NCBI RefSeq assembly: GCF_018350175.1
Contig: NC_058368.1
Span: 682,001-746,000, forward strand
Reading direction: 5' to 3'
Source of the DNA: Felis catus
Taxonomy: Eukaryota
Length of the DNA: 64,000 nucleotides
Positions 13,239 through 26,149 of the stretch are shown in pieces. Under the pieces are notes generated by a model. It was not told where the DNA came from. It did not search any database and saw only the letters and a program-made list of their open reading frames with translations. Position 1 is the stretch's first letter. Each line of letters begins with the position of its first letter. Position numbers and translations under genes: made by a program.

Positions 13239-13317
13239 CTTCTCTTTGTGTATGTCCATTGAGATGCCATATGTGATTGAATTCATTTCTAGTGATACAC
13301 ATGAACTGAGACAAAAG
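13239..13317 (+). CDS. PARP4: PARP4 exon, 79 nt, phase 2-0
   Basis: ttttttggtag|CTTCTC...CAAAAG|gttagt; (S)FSLCMSIEMPYVIEFISSDTHELRQK. Confidence 0.95.
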
Positions 13318-13359
13318 GTTAGTAAATCTTTGGTTTATTCTCTAAGAGCTCTTATCTTA

Positions 13360-15590
13360 GCATAGTTTTATTTTATCAAGGCAATACACACACATGGCTT
13401 AAAAAGTTACGTAATCATAATGCTAACAACGGCTTCTACAACAAGCTGCAGTCGGTTCTACCCTGCCGCTTCCAGACCCGCCTCCAGAGGCAGTGAACCA
13501 CTTTAAATACTTTACCTCCTTTCTGCTGGCCTCCAAAGTTGTGAATGATACATTTTTTTACTGCTTGTTCTTGACTCATCTATTTCAAAAGTTTTTTTTT
13601 GGCTTCTTACTGTGGTAGATGCAAATCTGGTTATCTTGCCTCTCCGCTACCCTCAGTCGCACACAGATTAAAACTCTTCGGAATACTGTTTTTCACTGCT
13701 GAATGCTCCCAGTAATTTGGAAATGTTTTCCCCCTGAGACCCTCTTCCTTTTCCGTGTCTCCACTGCAGCCCAGCCTGGTTACTGCAGGGCAGGGGTTGT
13801 CCCAGGGCCTTTCTTTTCTGATTCTCCTTTGCAGGACTTTTGTTCCTTATCCTCGTTCTTGTGTTACTCCTTCCATTGGCAGAGCACAGCCTCCATTCAC
13901 TTCCTGAGTAGGTGGAGTGTGTGGGCAGCAGTGCCTGAAGCTGTCCTCATCCCATGTGTTAATGCTGATCATTTGTTGAGGTTTTCATCTCGGGTTGAAA
14001 ATCACCCTGTGAAAATACTGAAAACGTTATCTTCTAGCTTCTAGCGTTACTTCTGAGAACTTAAATGCTATTCTTATCCCCCATTCCTTGTATGTAATCT
14101 GTTTTGTTTTGTTTTAACCTCTACAAGAATTTCAGATCTTCTTTTTATCCCTGGTATTCTGAAATTTTATAAGAAGGTGATACTCATTCATTGTATGCAA
14201 CTCGTAGCCTTTAGTGCTGGAAATTTTTGTTATATTTTTAAAAATAAGTTGTTCCTCTCTCCTGTACCTTTTGCATTGCCTTTCAATCAGGTGTCCCCTG
14301 GATGGAGCCTCTTGTTTTCTTTCTTTTTTTCTCCTGTTGACCATTGTATTGTTTTCTTGTTCTACTTTCTGAGTGATTTTTTCAATTTTAAATTCCAACC
14401 ATTCTACTGAAATTTTTATTTTAGTTCTAATATTTTTAATTTGCAAGAGCTCTTTTCTGCTCTGTAAATATTACTCTTGGGGGGCACCTGGGTGGCTCAG
14501 TCGGTTCAGTGTCCAACTCTTGATTTTGGCTCAGGTCGTGATTCCAGGGTCATGAGATCGAATCCCACATCAGGGCTGCACTGAGCATGGAGCCTGCTTG
14601 GGATTCTCTCTCTCCCTCTGCCTCTCCCTCATGTGTTCTCTCTCTAAAATATGAATGAATGAATGAATGAATGAATGAATGTTCCTTTTTTATAGCATCT
14701 TTGTGTGTTTCATGAATGCAGTACCTTCCTTTCTTGTCTCTCTGAAAATACATTTTTTCTTCTCTTCCCTGTGTTGTGTCCTTTTTCTTTGAGCTCTCTT
14801 TTCCTTCTGGCTTTTGCTTTTTGTTCTCTATATTTTGTGTTAGAGGCTTTTCCTTAAATGCCTGGGTGACCCCTCTGTGCTCGTGTCTAACTGAGACACA
14901 CACAAAGCTAGCTAGATGCTGTGAGGTGGGGCGAGTGGATGGGAGGCCCTGCACGGGAGGCCCTGGCAACTGGCTGGCTGTTTGATGGTGAGTCTCATGG
15001 TAGTGTTTTAGCCTTTATGCAGTTATTCAGAACTCCTCTAGGGTATTCATAAAGTATGACTGGGGAGAGGGACTGAGGGGCCCACACTTAGGATGCCACC
15101 TTGCACGTCCTTCCCCAGTTTACGTCACTGCACACCTATGCTTCGTTATACCTAGGATTCCTGTAGATACTCTTTGCTTGAATTTCTCTAAGTAATGAAT
15201 CTTCAGTTTCCTTAATTGAGAGAACAGGGCTCTAGCTATCGGTGCTAGCTGCTTGGCTACTTAGAGCAGGGAGGAGGTCTGCACCAAGGCAACTGAGTGC
15301 ATAGTCTCCTCGCTAGTACTGTTGTTTTCTGCAGTACCTCCAAGGTGTGACCCTTCCTGAGTCGCTGCAGTCCTCCACCCAGATGGTAACTTCCTCCACT
15401 CTCTGTACACCTTCCACCACACCTCTGTCAGCTTTGTTGAGATCTCTCATCTGCGATCGTCTTCGTTCCTACTCTCCATGTCTTTAAGGGTTGATACCCT
15501 CTAATTGATTCCCTCTTATGGTAGGGGGTTTTAGGATTTTGGTAGAGAATGGAGATAAACACATGCATTTAGTCCATCCTGAGCAAGAAG
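13360..15590 (-). mobile_element. Ancient L1 (L1M-type) 5'/ORF1 remnants
   Basis: Minus-strand ORF 14132..14446 resembles decayed L1 ORF1 (...IKFQNTRDKKKI); T-rich plus strand; boundaries approximate. Confidence 0.5.
14479..14680 (+). mobile_element. CAN-SINE with (ATGA)n tail
   Basis: GGGGCACCTGGGTGGCTCAGTCGG head, CT-rich body, ATGAATGA tail. Confidence 0.9.
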
Positions 15591-15595
15591 CCCTC

Positions 15596-16075
15596 TGCAT
15601 CAGGTAGCTTTTGCTGTGAAACAAACAATCTCAAAACTTTATGGTTTAAAACAATAACATTTGTTATTTCTCACAGTTTTGTGAATTGGCTGGGCAGTTC
15701 TAATGGGCTGCACTGGCTTGGCTGGAACAAGATGGTCTAGAATGGTCTTATTCTAATACCTGGCTATTGGCCTGGTGTCATCTGGGGTGACGACCACGTG
15801 TCTCTCTTCATCAGGTTAGCTCAGCTTCATGCGTATGGTAGTGAGAGAGTTCTCAACAGCAACAGGAGAAGGTGAGACTCACTGCACAAACATTTTCCAA
15901 GCCTCTTGCATCACATCTGCCAATATCCCATTGACCAAAGCAAGCCACACTGGCCACCTTTGGATTCAAAGGCAGAAAAAGGCCACTTCCTGACAGGAAG
16001 AGCTGCAAAGTTGCATTGCAAAGGGGCCAGCACACAGGAAAGGAAAACCCTTGAGGCCATTTCACAGTCTATCAC
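15596..16075. mobile_element. MaLR LTR (MLT1-like)
   Basis: TG...TTTGCTGTGAAACAAAC...TTAAAACAATAACATTTGTTATTTCTCACAG...CCATTGACCAAAGCAAGCCAC...TCTATCACA. Confidence 0.7.
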
Positions 16076-16161
16076 ATTGCCTTTATTGTTTAAAGCATAT
16101 AATTCACATTTCCAAAAGTGATTCTGTTTATGAAAACGTAATTTAAGAATTAGTCATAATT

Positions 16162-19129
16162 GGGGATGCAAGCTGGTGCAGCCACTCTGGAAAACAGTAT
16201 GGAGATTCCTCAAAAAAACTAAAAATAGAACTACCCTACAACCTAGCAATTGCACTACTAGGCATTTATCCACAGGGTACAGGTGTGCTGTTTCTAAGGG
16301 ACACATGCATCCCCATGTTTATAGCAGCACTATCAACAGTAGCCAAAGTATGGAAAGAGCCCAAATGTCCATCGATGGATGAATAGATAAAGAAGATGTG
16401 GTATATATATACATTGGAGTATTACTCAGCAATCAAAAAGAATGAAATCTTGCCATTTGCAACTACATGGATGGAACTGGAGGGTATTAGGCTAAGTGAA
16501 ATTAGTCCGTCAGAGACAGACAAAAATCATATGACTTTACTCATATGAGGACTTTAAGAGACAAAACAGATGAACGTAAGGGAAGGGAAACAAAAATAAT
16601 ATAAACACAGGGAGGGGGACAAAACAGAAGAGACTCATAAATATGGAGAACAAACTGAGGGTATTGGAGGGGTTTTGGGAAGGGGGATGGGCTACATGGG
16701 TAAGGGACACTAAGGAATCTACTCCTGAAATCATTGTTGCAGTATATGCTAACCAATTTGGATGTAAATTTTAAAAAAATAAAAAAATAAAACAAGTTAA
16801 AATTAAAAAAAAAAACAATGTACAGGGATATATGGGAAAAAACCAACATATTTAAGTATTTGTTTATTTATGTGAAAGGACCCAAAGATTATTATAAGCT
16901 TGAAAGATGGAGTAATTTGCATATATGATATGTAATTTTAAAATTTTTATTGGTGGATGAGAGTGGTTGAACAAAGTAAAGCCTCCATTTAGTTATTCAT
17001 TATTTCCATTCAGTATTTCATATGTGTTGCTTGCTACATAATATTTTAACATTTGTCTGAATTTGAAACAATATGGCACATTAATTTATCAGAATACTGT
17101 ATAATAAATACTAAATAATAAATTTCTTTTGTTAGATGCATATTATTCAGGATCACTTATTATGTTTATATAATTTTGATATGAAGTAGAAGACTGTATT
17201 ACAACTTGGAGTTTGTTTTAGAAGATGATAGAAAATTCTGTGGAACCATAATTTTAGAGTTGCGCTTAGGGCTAACAGCCAATGCTTAAATAGTTTAATA
17301 ATTTATTATTAGGGTTTTACTATATGTAGTTGTTATGCTTCTAGACATTTTTTCTGCAGTATTTCTGGGATAATTTGCACTAAAATTAGTTTTTTAAAAG
17401 GCCATAAGGGGCGCCTGGGTGGCGCAGTCGGTTAAGCGTCCGACTTCAGCCAGGTCACAATCTCGCGGTCCGTGAGTTCGAGCCCCGCATTGGGCTCTGG
17501 GCTGATGGCCCGGAGCCTGGAGCCTGTTTCCGATTCTGTGTCTCCCTCTCTCTCTGCCTCTCCCCCGTTCATGCTCTGTCTCTCTCTGTCCCAAAAATAA
17601 ATAAACGTTGAAAAAAAAAAGGCCATAAAATATGAGAGTTAACTATAAATCCAAGGAATCACTCAATTTTAATTTGCTTCACCAACGCCTGGTACATATC
17701 AAGAAATTCATCTTTCCTACAGAATAAAGGATGTCTGTATATATGGGACATAATTTTTTTTTTTTTTTTTTACTAAACACCTTGTCATATTAAATGAGGT
17801 AGTTTGTAGGGCATACTAAGGAGTTCAGAACACATGGGAAAGCTATTTTCTATCTCTTAATAAAGTGATTAAAAAGCATTCGTTGGACCAATGGAAGTCA
17901 CATAGTGACAACCTAAATAATTATAAATATTAATCTTCATGCAAGTCGTATCATCTTCCAAATTTAGCAAGTAAGAGAAGGCATTCCTAATAAGAGATGT
18001 AGCACACACATTTTTTTCATAGCAAAACATATGGAATCCACCAACAAAATACTAAAAGATAACATTAATTTTAAAAAATTAATCTGTCAGAATCACAATC
18101 TATGTCATATTTCTGATCCTCTACAAATTATAGTCATCATTTTGTCACTCTATTTCAGGTACAATTAATTCCTCAATCTGGTTCCATAAGCTTCAAAAAC
18201 ATCCTTGGTTCTGTTATGGACAAATTTTCTTCTATTCATACCTTCCTTCTTCTCTTTCAATTTATCTTCCACTTGACAAATTTATTATAGCATCTTGAAT
18301 CATCTACCTATAGTTCTCTATATAGTCTCAGTGCTATATGAGAAGTCAAATGACTTAATTTTCTCATTGATAAGGATTGTCATTTGGAGGCAAATTGTAT
18401 CTCCTTTCCCCCTTTTGTTAATCAAACACTTTATTCTACATGTATTCATGTTAAAGAATAACAGAAAATCTTTAAGGAAAAGAAAACCCACAATATAACA
18501 TCATAAAAGCCAATCGATTTATGTAGAAGAAATTTAGGTAACAGAAACCCAGATTCTTAGAATGGAAAAAAAGTTTTTTGCCTTAATGCAGAAAGTCCCT
18601 GTATAATATCCCAGAAACATGGTTAATTGTCTTTGCTTAAACAATTCTAACAGTGGGGAATGCACTACTTTATTAAGGAGTTCATTTTATTGATGGACAG
18701 CTTTAAAATTTGGAAGTTCCACCTGATACTTGTTCATTTTTTCATAGAGAGCATGAGCAAAGTGCACATCTAATGTAGCTGACCTCATCTAGGCTCTGAA
18801 CAGGGGCATGTTCCCTGCACTTGTGTGTTTTGTATTCCAGATGATTTGACAGCAAATAGCCGTGCAAGAATATCTACATAGATTCTTTTATTTAAAATTT
18901 TATGAAGATAATAAAATACTTTCTTGATAACTGAACTCATACTCTGAAATGAGAACCTGAAAACACAGTGAATTACAAATCTCTTTTTCCTTCTCACTAA
19001 GGATAGGATGAAACTCTTCACCCATGTGCCTGAAATAACTCCAGTCTAATCTGGATCCTGCATGATGTGCCCTCTATAGGTTTTGCCCTATTCAACATGA
19101 CCTACAAATACATTTGCTTTAAAAAAAAA
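16162..19129 (+). mobile_element. 5'-truncated carnivore L1 (16162-~16815) with ~2.3-kb 3' transduction and second poly(A)
   Basis: L1 ORF2 end and 3'UTR, A-tail at ~16773-16815, unique DNA, A-run 19121-19131; TSD AAGAATTAGTCATAATT (16145-16161) / AAGAAGTAGTCATAATT (19130-19146). Confidence 0.85.
17408..17616 (+). mobile_element. Young feline SINE (SINEC_Fc-type)
   Basis: GGGGCGCCTGGGTGGCGCAGTCGGTTAAGCGTCCGACTTCAGCC..., CpGs retained, TSD AAAAGGCCATAA (17396-17407 / 17617-17628). Confidence 0.95.
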
Positions 19130-19157
19130 AAGAAGTAGTCATAATTATAAGATTTCT

Positions 19158-21848
19158 TTTTTTTGTTTGTTTGTTTTTTAAAGTATACTTGCTTTATTGT
19201 TTTTCTTAATGATATATATCATTAAAAAATTCAAAGACTCAAAATCTGAATTCCCAACAATAATCATTACCCATATTCTCTGAATGTATTCCATCTACAT
19301 CTTCCAATATACAGAATGAGAGGGGGCAAGTTAGATGGCTAGTCAGAAAGAAATAACTTTTGAAAATGGAATGATACAATATATTTTCATATAAAGATAG
19401 AAAACTGATTAAATTTTACTTCAATGTAACTGAAATAAAAGGAACAGAAGTAAAGCTGAAGGAATTGATCAACTTGAATGCTTCTTCGTAAAAAGAAAAG
19501 CTTACCTCTAAATTTAAAATGGTCATGACCGCAGGTGCTTAGTATGTTTTTGACTGTTTCAGCTATGCAAAGTATCCACTGACTCCCTGCTAGAAAGGAA
19601 GAGGAAAGTATCACCTTACAAAACCCACACTTGCTTAATTTTTATATTTAAATAGATTCGGTACTCATCACTAGGTATTTTTGATTTACCACGTTTTTCT
19701 ATTTATTGAGCTATTCTGATTAACTTCTTATTCTGAAATCTCTTGATTTCATTGTCAGTTTGTATGTCTGTGTGTTAAAAACAAAACTTACATGAGCTAA
19801 GTTGACTAATGCCTTGCATAGTGTCGGTGTTTCTGTTGATTACAGATGAAGCAACACTTGGCTGAATATACAATTTTTGATTTATACTTCCACATTAGAA
19901 CTGTGCAGTCATTTCTCAACTATCTCCTAATGTTAATTATGTGCAAGTCATATGTATCTTCATCAAAAAGGATTAGAAATATTTTCTTTTTTTTATATGA
20001 AATTTATTGACAAATTGGTTTCCATACAACACCCAGTGCTCATCCCAAAAGGTGCCCTCCTCAATACCCATCACCCACCCTCTCCTCCCTCCCACCCCCC
20101 ATCAACCCTCAGTTTGTTCTCAGTTTTTAACAGTCTCTTATGCTTTGGCTCTCTCCCACTCTAACCTCTTTTTTTTTTTTTTCCTTCCCCTCCCCCATGG
20201 GTTCCTGTTAAGTTTCTCAGGATCCACATAAGAGTGAAACCATATGGTATCTGTCTTTCTCTGTATGGCTTATTTCACTTAGCATCACACTCTCCAGTTC
20301 CATCCACGTTGCTACAAAAGGCCATATTTCATTTTTTTCTCATTGCCACGTAGTATTCCATTGTGTATATAAACCACAATTTCTTTATCCATTCATCAGT
20401 TGATGGACATTTAGGCTCTTTCCATAATTTGGCTATTGTTGAGAGTGCTGCTATGAACATTGGGGTACAAGTGGCCCTATGCATCAGTACTCCTGTATCC
20501 CTTGGATAAATTCCTAGCAGTGCTATTGCTGGGTCATAGGGTAGGTCTATTTTTAATTTTCTGAGAAACCTCCACACTGCTTTCCAGAGCGGCTGCACCA
20601 ATTTGCATTCCCACCAACAGTGCAAGAGGGTTCCCGTTTCTCCACATCCTCTCCAGCATCTATAGTCTCCTGATTTTTTCATTTTGGCCACTCTGACTGG
20701 CGTGAGGTGATACCTGAGTGTGGTTTTGATTTGTATTTCCCTGATAAGGAGCGACGCTGAACATCTTTTCATGTGCCTGTTGGCCATCCGGATGTCTTCT
20801 TTAGAGAAGTGTCTATTCATGTTTTCTGCCCATTTCTTCACTGGGTTATTTGTTTTTCGGGTGTGGAGTTTGGTGAGCTCTTTATAGATTTTGGATACTA
20901 GCCCTTTGTCTGATATGTCATTTGCGAATATCTTTTCCCATTCCGTTGGTTGCCTTTTAGTTTTGTTGGTTGTTTCCTTTGCTGTGCAGAAGCTTTTTAT
21001 CTTCATAAGGTCCCAGTAATTCACTTTTGCTTTTAATTCCCTTGCCTTTGGGGATGTGTCGAGTAAGAGATTGCTACGGCTGAGGTCAGAGAGGTCTTTT
21101 CCTGCTTTCTCCTCTAAGGTTTTGATGGTGTCCTGTCTCACATTTAGGTCCTTTATCCATTTTGAGTTTATTTTTGTGAATGGTGTGAGAAAGTGGGCTA
21201 GTTTCAACCTTGTACATGTTGCTGTCCAGTTCTCCCAGCACCATTTGTTAAAGAGGCTGTCTTTTTTCCATTGGATGTTTTTTCCTGCTTTGTCAAAGAT
21301 GAGTTGGCCATACGTTTGTGGGTCTAGTTCTGGGGTTTCTATTCTATTCCATTGGTCTATGTGTCTGTTTTTGTGCCAATACCATGCTGTCTTGATGATG
21401 ACAGCTTTGTAGTAGAGGCTAAAGTCTGGGATTGTGATGCCTCCTGCTTTGGTCTTCTTCTTCAAAATTCCTTTGGCTATTCGGGGCCTTTTGTGGTTCC
21501 ATATGAATTTTAGGATTGCTTGTTCTAGTTTCGAGAAGAATGCTGGTGCAATTTTGATTGGGATTGCATTGAATGTGTAGATAGCTTTGGGTAGTATTGA
21601 CATTTTGACAATATTTATTTTTCCAATCCATGAGCAGGGAATGTCTTTGCATTTCTTTAAATCTTCTTCAATTTCCTTCATAAGCTTTCTATAGTTTTCA
21701 GCATACAGATCCTTTACATCTTTGGTTAGATTTATTCCTAGGTATTTTATGCTTCTTGGTGCAATTGTGAATGGGATCAGTTTCTTTATTTGTCTTTCTG
21801 TTGCTTCATTGTTAGTGTATAAGAATGCAACTGATTTCTGTACATTGA
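19158..21848 (-). mobile_element. 5'-truncated young L1 (L1_Fc-like, ~19982-21848) with ~0.8-kb 3' transduction
   Basis: ORF2 C-terminal fragment open for 450 codons (20329..21681); perfect 17-bp TSD ATAATTATAAGATTTCT (19141-19157 / 21849-21865); T-tail 19158-19179; minus-strand AATAAA at 19198-19193. Confidence 0.92.
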
Positions 21849-22222
21849 ATAATTATAAGATTTCTATTGAAGTTTCTATTTATACTATTCTAAGTTATGA
21901 TTATCTATTATACTTTCTGCTATATCCAGATAGTTCTAACTGAATACATAGACCTATAACCTTAGGATCCAGGACTTGAGACTGTCTTAAACGTATCTAA
22001 ATTTGACTGTGTACATCAACCTTAGCATTTCAGGAGGGTAACTGATATAATAATGGTCACACTTCTCAAAGCATCATAATTTTAGAATTTATGACTACAA
22101 TGTTGATTGCTAATGGTGTTATATAAATTATGCAAGGGTTTGCTACTTGAAAGGCAACTTCAAATTGATACTATGGTATTATTCCATTATTTACTTTGTT
22201 GTCATTGTTGTTTGTTTTGTAG

Positions 22223-22360
22223 AGTACAGACTGCAAAGCTGTAATTAGCACCATGGACGGTAGCTCCTTAGACAGCAATGGATTCTCCCTTCACGTCGGT
22301 TTATCTGATGCACATCTCCCAAGAATGTGGGTCGAAAAACATCCAGAAAAAGAAAGTGAG
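22223..22360 (+). CDS. PARP4: PARP4 exon, 138 nt, phase 0-0
   Basis: ttgttttgtag|AGTACA...AGTGAG|gtatgg; STDCKAVISTMDGSSLDSNGFSLHVGLSDAHLPRMWVEKHPEKESE. Confidence 0.95.
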
Positions 22361-23850
22361 GTATGGTCCTTCTTACTTAAAAATGAGGGACACTATTAAA
22401 AAAATATTTCAAATACATTAATTAAATTTGGAATTTACTGATAGTCCTGGAAAACTAGCATTGCAAAATGAACTCTCACCATTCCAAGATTTTACAACTA
22501 AAAATACTTATGGGATCTGGCATGATAAACTTCTGAGGTTTCAACCAAGTTCCTCATGTGGCATGTTTCTCTATAATGACTTTATTTTTTACCTTAAACC
22601 CCACTGAAAACAAAAAATGCCTTCAGACATTACATTGTTAGTCTGTGTATTTTTATAGTTTTTAAATATTGATACTGTAAAAACAGATACAAAATTATTT
22701 ATGGCCATAAGACCATTTGTGTCCCTATGACAAAGAATCTCTTCTTATTAGAATAAAAAATCGAGAATGACATCAGCCAGATGGCCCAACAAGGTGTCCT
22801 TCACATGTATCCCCCCCGCCAACAACAATTTGGCATCTATCCATGGACAAAGTGCCATTTGGGAACTTTGGGATCTAGTTAGGGGATTTGGAAATGCCAA
22901 TACAGCTCAAAAGTGAGGAGAACTGTTTTGAAAAGGCAGGCTTGCACCCAGGAGGCTGACTTGCTGACCATGGTCCTGGCTGCAGGCACCATCTGTGCCC
23001 CCAGATATCCTGAAAGTACCCTATACTTGGCTCCAGCCTCCTCACAGTCACAATCTTCAAGCAAGCCTGTGAGTCCAGGGACACTTCCATCTACAACCTT
23101 GAAGATTCTGAAAAGGCTGTCAGAAGATTCTGAAAATTCTCAGCTCTAACCCCCTCCTAGCTGCAGTCCACAAGCAGTCCTGTTGGCATAGGACCGATAC
23201 TCATGTCTGCACCTCAGGAGATCCAGAAAGGGCCTTATACTCTGCTTCAGCCCTCCAGCTATGGAGGGTCGGTCCACCCAGAGACCCCATGGAACATATC
23301 TATCTTCACCTTCAGAGCCAAGTCTGCAGATCCCAGTCATGGCTGTGGAACCTGAAACAGTTGTGGTGCTTGGTTCCAGCCCCTCTGAACTGTAGTCCAG
23401 GGCCAATCTTGTCCACTAGAGACTCATCCAGCAACTAGGCAGGAGTATTTCCAGGGACCTAGTGGAAGCTACACCCATCCATGTACCTGATGGTACATGG
23501 TCTAATACCATGTACCATAGTAGGTCTGATAGGTCTGATGACTGAGAACCTATGGACTCTGAAGTGGATTCTCATCCCAGGTGACTCTACTGAACAGGTT
23601 CTGAGGCAGACCCACCCACCCAGGGACCAGACGTGCTCAACCCTCTGGTAACAAGAATATCAGCTGCAGACCACACCATAGACTTAGGAACAGCCTCAAA
23701 ATTGACTCCAATTCTGCACAATTGTGATTCCAGAGGTAAACCCACCAACCAGGGAACCAACAGGAAAAGGTCTTTACCTGCCAAACTAGTGCAAGGTTAT
23801 GCACAGATACCAGTGCAAGGTTATGTAGATCATGAAGAATCAGGCAAACA

Positions 23851-24070
23851 GGGGCGCCTGGGTGGCTCAGTCGGTTAAGCATCCGACTTTGGCTCAGGTC
23901 ATGATCATTGTTCGTGAGTTCAAGCCCCATGTTGGGCTCTGTGCTGACAGCTCAGAGCCTGAAGCCTGCTTCAGATTCTGTGTCTCCCTCTCTCTCTGCC
24001 TTCCTCTGCTCATGCTCTGTCTCTCTCTCTTAAAAATATATAATAAATATTAAAAAATTAGGAAAAAAAA
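23851..24070 (+). mobile_element. CAN-SINE
   Basis: Full SINE; TSD AAGAAT(C/T)AGGCAAACA at 23835-23850 / 24071-24086. Confidence 0.93.
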
Positions 24071-25255
24071 AAGAATTAGGCAAACATGACACTGCCAAAG
24101 GAAACTAACAAAGCTCCTGTAATTGACCCCAAAGAAATGTAGATCTATGATTTGCTGACAACAAACTCAAAATAATCACCTTAAGAAAACTCCATACAGT
24201 ACAAGGGAAGACAGATAAACAACTAAACGAAATCAGGGAAACAACATGTGAACAAAATGAGAAGTTTAATAGAAATAGAAACCATAAAAAAGAACCAAAC
24301 AGAAAGTCTGGAGCTTAAGAATATAATGACAGGAGGATCCTGGGAAGATGGCGGCTTAGGAGGACACTGGGCTCACCGCACGTCCTGCTGATCACTTAGA
24401 TTCCACCTACACCTGCCTAAATAACCCAGAAAACCGCCAGAAGACTAGCAAAATGGAGTCTCCGGAGCCAAGCTCAGACGAGAGGCCTACGGAAGAGGGT
24501 AGGAAGGGCAGAGAGGCGGTGCACGCTCCACGGACTGGCAGGAGGGAGCCAGGGCAGAGGGGCGGCAGCCAGCCAAGCAGAGCCCCCGAGTCTGGCTTGC
24601 AAAAGGGAAGGGGCCAGACGGAGTGTGTTCCGACAGCAAGTGGGACTTGACATCTGGAAGGTTATAAGCTAACAGCTCTGCTCGGAGAACGGGAGGTCTG
24701 GAGGACAACGGGAGGGAGAGTTGTTGAGCCCTGGACGACAGAGCTCAGCTTGGCGGGGAACAAAGGCGCTTGCCAGCGCCATGTCCCTCGCCCATCCCCC
24801 AGCCAAAATCCCAAAGGGAACCAGTTCCTGCCAGGGAACTTGCTTGCACCACGCAAACACCCAACGCTGTGCTTCTGCTGCGGATCCATCCCTCCCGTGG
24901 GTCTGACTCCCTCCTGGTGCCGCAGGGCACCTCCCGAAGCGGATCTCCGAAGGAAAAGCGAGCTGAGCCTGCCCCTCCCACCCCTGTGCACCTTCCCGAT
25001 CCAGCTAATACGCCAGATGCCCAGCACCACAAGCCTGGCAGTGTGCAAGTAGCCCAGACGGGCCACACCACCCCACAGTGAATCCCACCCCTAGGAGAGG
25101 GGAAGAGAAGGCACACACCAGTCTGACTGTGGCCCCAGCGGTGGGCTGGGGGCAGACATCAGGTCTGACTGTGGCCCCGCCCACCAATGCAAGTTATTCA
25201 AGACAGTACAGAGGAAGTGCCCCGCAGTCCCGCACCACTTCAGGCACTATCCAAA

Positions 25256-26149
25256 ATGATGAAACGGAAGAATTCCCCTCAGAAAAACGTCCAGGAAATA
25301 ACAACAGCTAACGAACTGATCAAAAACGATTTAAACAATATAACAGAAAGTGAATTTAGAATAATAGTCATAAAATTAATCGCTGGGCTTAAAAACAGTA
25401 TAAAGGACAGCAGAGAATCTCTTGCTATAGAGATCAAAGGACTAAAGAACAGCCAGGAGGAGCTAAAAGATGCTATCAATGAGCTGCAAAATAAAATGGA
25501 GACAACTACGGCTCGGATTGAAGAGGCAGAGGAGAGAATAGGTGAACTAGAAGATAAAATTATGGAAAAAGAAGAAGCTGAGAAAAAGAGAGATAAAAAA
25601 AATCCAGGAGTATGAGGGGAAAATTAGAGAACTAAGTGATGCACTAAAGAGAAATAATTTGCGCATAATTGGTCTTCCAGAGGAGGAAGAGAGAGGGAAA
25701 GGTGCTGAAGGTGTACTTGAAGAAATAATAGCTGAGAACTTCCCGCATCTGGGTAAGGAAAAAGGCATTGAAATCCAAGAGGCACAGAGAACTCCCTTCA
25801 GACATAACTTGAATCGATCTTTTGCACGACGTACCATAGTGAAACTGGCAAAATACAAGGATAAAGAGAAAATTCTGAAAGCAGCTAGATAAACATGCTG
25901 TAACATATAAAGGGAGACCTATAAGACTTGTGACCCATCTCTCTACTGAAACTTGGCAGGCCAGAAAGGAATGGCAGGAAATCTTCAATGTGATGAACAA
26001 AAAAAAATATGCAGCCGAGAATCCTTTATCCAGCAAGTCTGTCATTTAGAATATAAGGAGAGATAAAGGTCTTCCCAAACAAACAAAAACTGAAGGAATT
26101 TGTCACCACTAAATCAGCCCTACAAGAGATCCTAAGGGGGATCCTGTGA
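25256..26149 (+). pseudogene. L1 ORF1p, disrupted
   Basis: MMKRKNSPQKNVQE... coiled coil; frameshift in the A-run near 25595; RIIGLPEEEE...KEKILKAAR followed by a premature stop at 25892. Confidence 0.88.

Noticed and set aside
17408..17490. tRNA-like A/B boxes at SINE heads as tRNA genes
   Set aside because: These are the tRNA-derived heads of CAN-SINEs, with CT body, A-tail and TSDs.
17869..18051. 60-codon minus-strand open frame after an acceptor-like TTTTAG within the transduced DNA (possible shuffled exon)
   Set aside because: No recognisable protein similarity, and the length is compatible with chance. Worth revisiting only if the donor locus is genic.
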